This document shows positions 24,001-39,100 of a stretch of 64,000 bases of DNA, in pieces. A program made the position numbers and the translations under genes. Numbering within the stretch: position 1 is the first letter of the stretch; every line of letters begins with the position of its first letter. The notes under the pieces were generated by a model. That model did no database searches. It saw nothing but the letters and a program-made list of their open reading frames with translations, and was not told the DNA's origin. The stretch is from Protoeuglena noctilucae (lineage: Eukaryota), in contig OY253679.1 in NCBI GenBank assembly GCA_958009085.1, positions 806,001-870,000 on the forward strand. Direction: 5' to 3'.

Positions 24001-25635
24001 CGCCGTCCATCACCGCCCGCGCCAGTGAGGCCGCCAAAGCGTCGCGGGGGCGCCTGCGTGCAAGCAGGGACGCCCCGTGAGCAAGGCGCACGAGCGGCAT
24101 TGGGCCCAGCGTCGGCAATGGCGCTCTGCGCTGTTCTGTTGACTCCTCTGCCCCATGTCTTCCATCAACCATTTACAAGCCGCCCTCTCAGCTGATGCCA
24201 TGTCCGGCATCACCGCGACCCTCGCCTGAGCCTCTCTGGCAGCGGCGCCAGGCCCCACCCCGGGCACCGCAGGGAACCCCCCAGCCAACACCGCGTGGCC
24301 TCCAGGGGACTGGACTCGAGGTGCCCTCTGCGTGCACGACGTGAGACGTGAAGTCGCATAGCCGAGAGAGGGAAGGGCTGGTGCGCTTGTCTGTCCCGGC
24401 TGCCTTCCCACCTCCCTCCATCTGCCAGCAGCCTCTAACCCCGCCCCGCTCACCTCCGCAACGCAGCAAACGCCCTAGCCTGCGCCAGGCGGGCCTCCTG
24501 CAGCGGATCCGCCTCCCGCACACGCTCCACTGCCGCTTGCCATTCGCTCGCATCACCCGACGCAGTCGCCGTGTCCCCTGCGCTCTCCTCCCCTCGCCCC
24601 CGCACCCCATCTCCGCTGAGCCCCCAATCGGCATCATCAGTCGGGACCCTCTGCGTCATCGCCAGCCTGAATCCCCCGCCGTCCTCACTGCTGCTCGCAT
24701 CCAGGTCCACTCCCGGTGTCGGGGTCCGCGGCTCTGACTGAGTGGCCGGCACCACGCCGCTCGACAATTGCCCGCCCCCAAAAAGCGACCCGCCACTCGC
24801 CAAGCCCGCGCCACGCTCGCCCCGCGCCCCTGCGCTCGCCCCTCGGCCCTTGGCGTTCGGGTGCGGCGTGCGCCCCGCTTTGCCCCGCCCCTTCTGATGC
24901 CTGGTCCGCCCCTCGCCTCCTGACGACTGCCCGCTCGTCTCGCTCCGCCCGCTCTCCTCCCCTTTGGCCCCAGACGAAGACTCGCTTGTCGCATTCCCAC
25001 CATTGCTCTCCTCCCCTCGAGCCCTCAGCGTGCCGGGACTCTGCGCCGCGTGCCCGTCTCCTTGCACCCAGTCGGGACCTGCACACGCCATGTTGCCATC
25101 GCTGTCCTCCCCGACTGTGGTGTTCTCGACCTGAGGCGACGTAGCTGGGCACGGGTCGTCACAGCTCTCGCGTCAGGGGAGCGTATTTTGCAGCTGAACT
25201 GCGTACCTGCCCGCAGCCACGTCCTTGTACTACCCCCTGGTACAAGGGCGCCCACCTGCATCCCACGCCACTCACCGGCTGCGTCAGGGGAAGGACTTCC
25301 TCCACTTGCACCGCCTCTGCCACGTCCGCCACGACCCGGTAGCCGTTGCACGAGGCGCCCGGGGCTGTGCATGCGCCTCTGTTCAGCCGGGGAGACGTGC
25401 GACGCTTGCTTGAGGGGTGGTCGCACCCCGGTGCGGACGGCGCAAGGTCACCCCAGCCGCGCTTCCTGTCCAGCCGCAGGTCATGTCCATGCGGGGCGGT
25501 AGGCGGCGTCACGAAACCAACTGGAGGGCCCATGCTCCTCCGCGAGAGCCCGGGGTCCGTTGGGAGGCAGGAGGGGCGCCCTGGGCGGGCGAGCTTGGTG
25601 GCGGGTGTGGAGTTGCGTTGCCCTGGGGGATCCAT
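21088..25635 (-). CDS. ORC4: Origin recognition complex subunit 4, with long low-complexity N-terminal extension and internal insertion
   Basis: Walker A VLVLGPRGSG|KT, LLYDVLD and the ORC4 hallmark LLEKRVRSRLSQR. Upstream exons (25635-25266, 25130-24454, etc.) can be joined in phase, but the 5' part is less certain. Confidence 0.8.
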
Positions 25636-25765
25636 GAGGCCGTCTTCGGGGGCCACCGAGGGGTTTTGCTTGAAGCTCGACCGTGGCGACGCATAATGCG
25701 CGTTACGGACGGCGGCCTTGTCTGCGGCGGCGCGGGAGCGGAGTGGGTTGCTGGCCGGCAAAAGG

Positions 25766-26049
25766 TTTGGCGCACGCAAGGTGCGAGATGTGCGCTCCCA
25801 GCCGCCCGCGCACCAGTAATGCCGTTAAAAGACGAGTGAAGGTTTATCATGATGTCCCTTTCTCCATCGCCGGGCCCTTGACCGCGCGGTTTCTTCATTG
25901 CGCAGAATGCAGCGCAGCCCCGCGCTGCGCGGGCCGCGAGTTTGGCACAATGTGGGCCTCCGCCGTGCTGAGATTAGGTCAAGAAGTGCCTCGCCGCTGT
26001 CTCGCGGCCCGAGAGTCGCGCACCGAGGAGGCGCGCGACTTCCCGCCAA
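25766..26049. promoter_or_regulatory. E2F-like sites (TTTGGCGC 25766-25773; TTCCCGCCAA 26040-26049) in the divergent promoter upstream of ORC4
   Basis: Consensus matches upstream of a replication-licensing gene. Confidence 0.35.
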
Positions 26050-26405
26050 CGAGTTCAAGCGCGTGACAGCTCACAGACTCAGCGGCGAGGGCACGCGACG
26101 AGGCGGGTTAATAAGGAGGGAGAAGCGCATAATGTTGCCATCGCAACGTGCGCGCTGTCTCTCTTACAGGCCCGTATTGACACAATTGTTCTGGCCAGCC
26201 CGTCGCAAGTATTTTTGGCGTGCTGAGGCCCGTGACGAGCGTGCTCGGGCCGCGAGACGCGACTGCATCAGCTTCTTAGCAAGTGCGCTGAAGCTTTATG
26301 AAAAAATTCCCTGTCTTCGCGACCTCTTGCGGCTCTGCTGGGATCCATCGCCCCGTGGGCCGCGCAAGGGAGGCGCGTAGCTATGCGCTGCTGCGGCGGG
26401 GACAC

Positions 26406-29400
26406 ATGACCGTTGCACTCTCACGCGAGATGGAGCGAGGGGCGCGGGAGATGTGGCGGGCCGCGCTGGACGCGCTTGCGACGCACAAGCGTCGCTTCCA
26501 CGCCTCGGCAAGCGCGTTTCATCTCGGTCGCGCGGGCCACCATGAGCGGATGGGGTCGCGACATCAGGGTGCGCCAATGAAGGGGACGTGGAGGCCCACA
26601 CCCGCCGAGGCGTGGGCTGCAGCACGACCTGTCCGGGCTGGGGAGCACGCTCCCCGCCCAGACGGCCTCTTGAGGAGCAGGACATGGCCGCGGAAGGATG
26701 CCGGCAACGTATTGGAACCTCCACGCCTAGTTCTGGGCCAGCTGTCGTCGTCGGAGCTCCAGGATGCCCGGTGAGGGACTCGCGGCGATGCTCCGCTGCC
26801 CCTGCGTCCCTTGTGTTTATGCTGCGACAAATCTGCGCTCCCTGCGTTCCCACCAGAGTTATACAGGCGTTGCACGAAGCGGTGGATCACCTGGACGCTG
26901 GGCCGAGCGGACTGCCGGGTGCAGCCAAGGCAGTGGCCTTCCTTCAGCGCCTGTGCGGCCGGGTGCCGCCGGCTCTGATGCGAAGCGTGTTCGAGACCGC
27001 ATACGACAGCCTGGCGGGGAACGACGTCCCAGGCGGGCCTCGCACGGTCGCGGAGCTGCTGCTGGTGGCGAGCGTAGGCGACTACCGCCCCCCCGCGGCG
27101 GTCACCGAGGCCCTGGCGCGGGCCTTGGTGGCGTCATTGCATCGTCCAATCAACCACGAGAGCTCCGCAGCGGGGGGCGCGTCGCCGGAGCCGCCTGGTT
27201 CTCTGCGAGGGCCGCCACACTCTGACGAGGGCCGGTTCGTCTCTGCGGGCGCGCTGTTGGCCGCGGCGGCCCTGTGCCCGGGGGCCGCGACGACGGAGGC
27301 TGCGGGAGTCGCTCTGGAATGGCTGGCGACGTGCGGGGACGCCGCGGGTGTCAAGCGGGGAGCCAAGCTGCTCCGGGCAAGTGGCGCCTGCGCTTTGCCG
27401 GGAACCGCAGCTCTACCGCGAGCCGACGCGTCTTTGACTCGCACGACGGCTACCGTTGCGATTGCGCCATGGCGGCCTCGTCGCCACCCAGCGCCTGGCA
27501 CAGACAACGACATCGGTGTTCTGACTCGCAGGGCATCGTGGCGCTAGGGCAGCACCCGCCGGTGGATCCTGACCTCGTTCGCGCTGCTGTACTCCGGGTA
27601 TCGCAGGTGGGGCACGCCTTGCCACCCGCCGGTATGACTTGCTCACGCCATCCCCACGGACCTGATGCATAGCTACCGGCATCACTTCGCCGCTTACAAG
27701 TCAGGCCATGTCTTCTGACGATTGCAGGGAATCATCGACGACGCGGTGGTCCCCTCAGGGCACCGCGCGCACCCCACGCCTTTCTGGGCCCGTGTGTCCC
27801 CACCAGCGCCCCGCGCCGGCCCCAGGTCTCGCCTGGGCCCGGCTGCCAGCGATGCGGGGGGCCAGCCGGGGGGGCTGGAGCTGCTTGCCGACATCCACGC
27901 CAGCTGGGCTGCGCTGGCGTGGGCGATTGAGGGACGGGGTGCTGACATGGGCGGAGGTGTGCCAGGCGGGGGAGTGTTCGGGAGAGGCAGCAGGCCGACG
28001 GTGCAGGGCATGTTCGCTGCGGTGGAGGGCGCGGTGGGAAAGCAACTGGGGGCGACCGTGGCGGTGGGAGGGGGCGGCGGTGCGGGCGCCATGTGGGCGG
28101 TGGCGGAGCTGGTGGGGGCCTATGCGCGTGCGGGATTCGTCCCGGAGGCAACGACCGTGGAGATGATGGGGAAAGTGGTGGAGGAATGGTGAGCTTGATG
28201 TGTGTGAGGGGGCATGTTGAGACCCCCCATTCTCCGCCCTTTGATGCGTGGCCCCGCTCGGAAGCATGGTGAGTTTTGACTCTTCTCTTCTCCCTGTTCA
28301 GAGTGCGCATCTACTTCTGCCGTCTCCTCCGTTGCAGGTCCCTCCATGCCCCTGCCCCCGCCCTCGCTGCCGCCATCGCCGCCCTCGCTCCCCCGCCCCC
28401 CGCCACGCCCTTCCCGCTGCCCCCCTCCGCCCTCCCCGCCCTCTCCGCCGCCTTCGCCTCCGCTGCGGGGTCCCTTCCGGACGACGCCTTCGCCGCCGCC
28501 GTCGCGTCCCTCGGTCGCCTGGGTGCGCCCCTGACGCCACCCCTGGCAGCCGCGCTCGAGTGGGAGACCATGAGGAGGTGCGAGGCGCGGGCGCACGGGG
28601 GGCCGCACGTACCGGCGGAGAGCCTCGCGGACTTGCTCTGGGGCCTGGGGGCGCTCGGGGTGGTGCCGGACGCGGGCGCAGCGGCACGGGTGGATGCTTG
28701 GGTAAGGGCGAGTATCGGCAGCGGGGCACACCGGGACGAGAAGACAGGGGGTCAGGGCCGGGGAGCAGAGACAGGCAGCGTTTCGCTCGAAACGTCGGTT
28801 AGTAGCGGGGAAGGGCGGGAAGGGGCGGGGCAAATGTCCCATGTGGGGTGCCCTGGGGACCATGGCCAAGGTGGCGGCGGCGCGCGCACGTCAACTTTGG
28901 CTTCTCTCCATTACCCTGCTATCCCGTTGTTTGCCTCTGCCCGCGAGCTGCCAGGCTCCGCACCGCCTGCCGCCCGGCTATGCGCCGCCGCCTGGCGCTT
29001 CCTCGGTCCTGGGCTCTCTCGAGCTACTCGCGAGGCTTTCGCGGGGGCCATCGCCGCTGCGCTGCCCTCGGCGCCGCCCGCCGACGCCGCGGCGTTGCTG
29101 ACGGCGCTGGCAGCGGTGGATGTGGACGGGAGGGGCGCGGGGGCGGCGCTGCGCGACGAGGTGTTGCGCAGGGAGTGGGCGTTTGGGTCCGCGAGCGAGT
29201 GGCCGAGTGCGGTGGAGCTGCTCGGGGTGTTGGGGGCCCGGGGGGTCGCAGGCAGCGACGCGGCCGTGGTGGCGGTGCTGATGCGGTCGGTGGAGCAGGC
29301 GAGTGGGGCGGGCAAGCGACGGTCGTCTCAATGAGCTTTACCTCGCCGCATTTCAGCGCCACATGCAGTGCGGGCGCTGCGGCTTGGGCGGATCCACCAG

Positions 29401-30169
29401 CACCTGTGACGGACTACACGCTCGTCCTGCGCAGGCAGCCGTGTCCGGCCTCCTCTCTGCGTCTCCCGCCGGGGCCGAGGCTGCTGCGCGCGCGCCCCCG
29501 GCGCTCTGCGGCGCCCTCCGTCTGGGAGACCCTCAGGCGCGCGCCTCAGAGACCCACGGCGCGTCCCAGGGCACCGCGCTCACGGCCGCCCTGGGCACGG
29601 GGGCGCATGCGGCGCTCGAGGCGCTGGCTCGAGCCATGGCCGACGCGGTGCAGAGCCACCCGGGGTCTCTCCCCGCTGCGTCCCTGGCCGCGTGCCTGCG
29701 CGGCTGGCGGCAGCTCGGGCACCGGCCGCCGCTCCCGGCCCTGTGGGCGGCCGTGGCGTGCGCGCTGGTGCGGGACGGGGCCCGGGACGCTCCGCAGGGG
29801 ACGGTGGCGTTGCTCGAGGAGCTGGCGGGGGCGCGGGGAGTGGGGGTCGGCTGGGCAAGCGCAGGCGACGTGCTGGGGCCAGAGGCGCTGCGGGTGGTCG
29901 ACATGGCGCTGGCCGAGCGACTCGGGTGAGGGATCGCACGGCAGCGGCGGGGACAGTGCTAGCACGTCTGCTGCGAGGCGTGAGCCGTATATCTCCCTCT
30001 GAAATGCTGCAGGGCGATTCCCGACGGGGTGGCACGGCGGGGGAGGATAAGAGATGTGGCCCCGGCGGACGTGGCGGAGCTGGCCACGCGTGCGGTCGCG
30101 GCTCTCCGTGCGTTGGGGGCCCAAGGCCGGCTGTCGTGCGAGGCGTTTGGGGCGCTTGTGATCGCGTGA
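26406..30169 (+). CDS. Hypothetical Ala/Leu-rich alpha-helical protein, multi-exon (possibly an organellar helical-repeat RNA-binding protein)
   Basis: Exons linked by splice-like junctions, e.g. CG|gtgagg at ~26771 to cag|A at ~26857, and a last exon 30013-30169. Recurring segments such as SLADLLWGLGALG and SLAACLRGWRQLGHRPP. Exact structure uncertain. Confidence 0.5.
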
Positions 30170-30413
30170 GACAACGGAGGACGCTCTCTGCGCGCCACCG
30201 GGCCGCCTCGCCCCATGGGACGCGCGCTTGTTATTTCTTAAGCCAATGCTTGACGGTGGCTCGACCGATGGCTTGAAAGCGTCTCTCTCAGAAATGCCCG
30301 AACCCTGCTGCGGGGAGGGTAATTGCCGCACCCGACAGTCGACTGCAGGCGTGCCTCGCCCCCAGCGCCCTTTTCCATTTCTTCTTCAGAGGTCGCAGGA
30401 AGAGGAGGGCAGG

Positions 30414-31543
30414 ATGGGTGAGCATCTCTTTGACGTCCCCGCGCGTTCCCTGTCCCGGACAGCGGTCCTGGGACGTGGCGACCGCTTTCGCGGCACCACG
30501 TGCGATCGTCGCACATTTGGGCGCCCCGTTCGGCCCGCCCCGCTTCTCCCGACGCGGAGAGGGCGCGCGGGAAGGCTGGGAGCCCCGTTGCACAGCTCCC
30601 CGTGCGCAAAGTTGCTTGTATTGTCCTTTGGGCTCGTCTCGGCGCCTCGCTCTGCCTGCGGAAGCCGCACCGGCCGGGCGCTGGTCCAGACCCCGGCACC
30701 TGGGTCGTGCGCTGGGCCTTCCGCGGGCTCTCGTTTCCCAGGACGCTTGGTTGACTCCGTTGGTTCTCGGGCGCGCGCTCGTTTCGGTCCCTAAACGCCG
30801 CCCTCGCGGTTGCGTGCCCGCAGCGAAGGTGAAGGCGTACGAGCTTCGGTCGAAGTCCAAGGAGGACCTGAAGGCGCAGCTCAGGGATCTCAAGGTCGAG
30901 CTCGGGGGCCTGCGGGTCGCCAAGGTCACGGGGGGCGCGCAGAACAAGCTCGCGAAGGCGAGGCGCCGCGGCCGGCCTACGCCCCGGTCCCCCCGCGCCC
31001 GCCGCCGCGCTGTGCTCGCGCCGAGCTCGCGCGTTCCGTTACGCCCCGCAGATCCGGTCGGTGCGCAAGGGCATCGCGCGCGTCCTGACGGTGTTCAACC
31101 AGAAGCAGCGGGAGGCCCTTAAGAATGAGTTCGCGGGGAAGAAGTGGGTCCCCCTGGACCTCCGCCCGAAGAAGACCAGGGCCATCCGTCGCAGGCGAGC
31201 GTGCGGCGGGCTGCGGCGCGCCGGTGCGGGGCGAGGCGGCGGGGCAGGGCGTGCCCGAGCCGAGGATGAACATCCACGTATTTGCTACTCTCGAGGCGAC
31301 GCCCGATGACGACATGCTTGTCACCAAGATCGTTGAGGCTCGTGGACCGGCCCCAGCCAGCCCCCGCCTCGCCCCGTGCGCGCTAGTCGCTGGCTCCGGC
31401 GTCCTTCCCAGACCCAGGCCCCCTGAGCCTCCTGCCGCCCCGATGTCTGCAGGCTCACGCGCAACCAGGTTCAGCTCAAGTCGGTGAAGGCCGTCAAGAA
31501 GGCCTCTAACTTCCCCATGCGCAAGTACGCCGTCAAGGCATGA
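30414..31543 (+). CDS. RPL35: 60S ribosomal protein L35 (uL29); exons 30414-30417, 30824-30957, 31052-31194, 31453-31543
   Basis: [60 protein letters not shown]...[20 protein letters not shown]...[10 protein letters not shown]. Confidence 0.96.
31256..31342 (+). ncRNA. U24: Box C/D snoRNA, U24/snR24-like, in RPL35 intron 3
   Basis: Terminal stem CGAGCC/GGCTCG; C-like AGGATGA, D' TCGA, C' CGATGA, D-like TTGA. Guides GTATTTGCTACT and CACCAAGATC are perfectly complementary to 28S 57500-57511 and 57488-57497. Confidence 0.85.
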
Positions 31544-31775
31544 GAGGGGCGCAGTTGCGACATGTGTGTTGGGGGGCTGGGGCGAGGGGTGGCCCAGCCG
31601 ACGCCGCGGTCTCCGCCGAGGGTGGAGTTCGGCCGTGGATAGCGTGTGGGAGGGGCAGGTTTGGTAGAAGCGCGCAGGGGTTGTCGGCGCGTGGGACCGG
31701 GGCAGCCTGACCTGGGCCATGCTCCGGAGTGAGTTGAACGCTTCAAATCGCTACCCTTCCCCTTCGGTCCGCCTT

Positions 31776-35827
<4,052 letters not shown>

Positions 35828-36163
35828 CGTTACGTGTCGAGCGACTTGCCTCCAGACGGCACCCCGCGTCGGCGCCCCGAATGCGGTCAGGGCCGCCCCG
35901 CTGAACGACGCTGCGAAGCCACCGTCCCGTCGTGAACGCGGCGCGGGCTAAGAGTTGTCTGTGTCAGAGCGAGGTCGTGCAGCACGCTGGCGCCAGGAAG
36001 GGCCATACCCAGCTTGGTGCGGGCAGCGGCTGCTAGGGACGACGGCACCACTGTGTAGCGGTATCCCGCTGAATAACTCCGTTCTTTCAACGTCAAGGAT
36101 GCAAACCTTCTGCTTTGAACGCAGCGCCTGACCTAGTCCAGACCCAAGCCTCGTGGGTGGTCC

Positions 36164-39100
36164 TCATGGGTGGTTCACGTGCGGCGCGTGCCCGGCATGC
36201 GGCGAGGGTCCCTGCTTGACGTCCACCGGCCGCCGCATCCCCCCCTGGCCCTGCGCAGGCACGTTCGCGTACACGGGGGCAGACCGGTGGGCCAGGCGGT
36301 CCCCATTGGCGGCCTCATGGGCCTCCGAGCCCGCCACAGACTCGCCGCCGCTGCCGTCCGCGGACGTCACGTGCACGTGCGCCGGGAGCGGGTGCGGCGG
36401 GTGCGGGTGCGCGTGCGGGTGCGGGGCGCCCTGGTCTGAAGCTGCGACTGGCCCCGCCGCGGCGCCGTCCCGCGACGGTATCGGCCCGCTGGCGGGTCCG
36501 TGGGGCGGGGCGGTGGCGGCGGCGGCTGCTGCGGCGGCGACGGCCTGGGGCGCGAGGGGCAGCTGGGCGGCGGCCGAGGGGTTGGCGGGGTTGGCCATGA
36601 CGAGGTTGTGGGGCAGCGACGAGGCGGGGGCCAGGAGCGGGGGGCTCGCGGGCCGGGAGGACTCCTGCGAGACGAACCCGGCCGTGGACTGGGGCGCCTT
36701 GCCGCCCGCGTGGGCCGGGTGCATGGGCCGCATGAGGTGCCCCGTGCGCGCCATCTCCAGCACCTGCTGCATCACGTGCTGCAGGGAGCGCTGCGGGAGG
36801 GAGCGGGCGCGTCGTGGTCATAGCACGGCCTTGTCAGCTCGTCTCTCGCCCCGCAGTCCGCACCCATCCACCCCAGGCGTCTCTCACCTGCAGCCCCGCC
36901 ACCTGCAGGGCCATGTCCTCCAGCACCGGGAACAGCCTCTCCGCGGCCTCCGCGACGCCGCTCGCGTACGCCCCGGCCACCGCGGCGCCCCCCGCGCCCC
37001 GCCCCCCCGCCGCCGACGCCACCAACGGGCTCGGCCCCGGCTGCCCCTGCGTACCCCCCGACACCTCCGGCTGGCTCACTCCGGACGCCTGCCGCAGCGC
37101 CGCCGACGGTAACGCCGCACCCCGGCTCATCTCCGCCACCGAGTAGGACCGCACCATGCCCACGTCCGACGGGGGACCGCCCTGCACCGACCGAGCCTGT
37201 GGGGGGACGACGAAGTGGCGGAGCTCGTAACGCTTCCCTCGCCCCTCGCCCCTCACCCCCTCCCCCCGCCCCCATCGCCCGCACCTGCCTCCCGTCCCCC
37301 TCGTCCTGCACCACCGCGAACCGCTTCCGCTCCTTCTTCCGGCGGTCGGCCTCCCTCGCGCCCCGGGGAGGCGTCCCCATGGCGTCGCCGTCCAGCGAGG
37401 GAGGCGCCTGCGCGGGGGGTGTCTGAGCCAGGGGCGGCCTGCCCGTCCCCGTGGGGTGTGCTGGGGGCAGCGGGGCGGCCAGGGGGGCGGGGCCCTGGAG
37501 CGGCACGGGCGCGGGGGCCGGGGCGGTGGTGGGCGTGACGGGCGCGGAGGCCGTGTGCGTGGGGGTCGGGGTGGGCGCGGCGGACGAGGCGGACGAAGCC
37601 GTGGAGGGCGGCTGCTGCGACGTCATGTGGCTCAGGCGCGAGAGGGGGTGGCCGTCGCTGGGGCGGTGCGCCGGGGGCGGCGCCTGGGCCTGTGCTTGAG
37701 GCTGGGGCTGGGGCTGCGGGGGTGGCAAGAAGGGAGGGGAGAGTGAGGATGGTGGGAACCAGGTCATGGCGAGAACGACTGGCAATCAATGCAACTCAGT
37801 GGCTCAGCAACTGGGCAGCAGTAGCGCACTGTGAGTGCGCCGCCCTCGCCTGCTGCGGGGCTCCCGCGGGCGTGGGGGGTGCGGGATGAGAGGGTGGGAA
37901 GGGTGCACCTGCCGGGGGGGCGGCGGGGAAGGACGGGGTGGGGAGGGAGCTCGGGGTGGGGAGGGCGTCTTGGGAGGTCGCCTCCGAGTCGAGGACCACG
38001 AAACGACCCAGGCGCTGCGAGGGAGGGGCGGGGCGGGGCTGCTCGCTTTGGGAAGGGAGCAAGCGGCGGGCGCGCGTCACATTGAGCGTGGGGGGCAACC
38101 AGCGCTGCACGGTCCAATGCGAGCGACTGGACCCAGCGGTTGTCAAGCCATCAAGCGCGCAGGTGTCAGTAAACCCCTCTCGCGCCCCTCGCCTTGGTGC
38201 GTGTGCTGGGCGCCGTAGGTGTCGGGGGGCCGTGGTCGCCCTCGCCCTCCGCGGCTGGGAGGGGACACTGCGGGGATGGAGCGAGGTTTTCGGTGAGACG
38301 CGGTGGGTGGCGAATGATTGATAAGGACAGTCACTGGGACACGGACGGGTCGGGTCTCGGACCACCACCACCACCCCCCACCCACCACCCATGCCCTCAC
38401 CGGCTTGCCCCCCTCCAGCCCCCCCGCGATGCTCGCCCGCCGCGACCCCGCCTCAGACCGAGGGGGCGTCTCCCCCACGGGCGTGCTGCCCTCGGGGGTG
38501 GCGCGGCCGGGCGTGGTGGCGCCCTCCTCGGGGGCCCACGCGCGGACTGGGGCCGACCCCACCACCTGCCCCTGCGCCTGGGGCGGACCGGCGCCGGCGC
38601 CGGCATTTGCACCGGCACTCGGGCCCGGAGGCGACGCCCCGCTCGCGTTGGGCACCGTCAGCGCCGTCAGCCCCGCGCGGTGGCTGGCCACGCGCCCCGC
38701 GGCCGCGTTGGCCGCCGCGCTCTCCGACACCACCGGCACGCCGCTGGGGATGCTCGGGAGCGTCCCCATGGACTCGGGCATCCCCACCGACGCCGGGACC
38801 GTCGCCGATCCCCCCAGCGACTCCTCCAGCCATGTGGGGTGAACTGGCCCCACGCCCACGCCCACCCCCGCGCCTGCAGCCGCCAGCGCCGCCGGCCGCG
38901 CCTCGTCGTGGCTCACCGACCGCAGGTGCGGGGCCGCCGGGGGCAGCGGCGGGCGCTCCGTCACCGGCCCCGCCCTCACCGCCCTCCCCGGCGGGTCCAC
39001 CTGTAACGACGCCCGCGCCAGCCCCGGTCCCCCGGGCACTCCCTCCGGCGCGTGCATGGCCGCCAACAGCGGCTGCGTCACCGCGCGGCTCATCTCCCGG

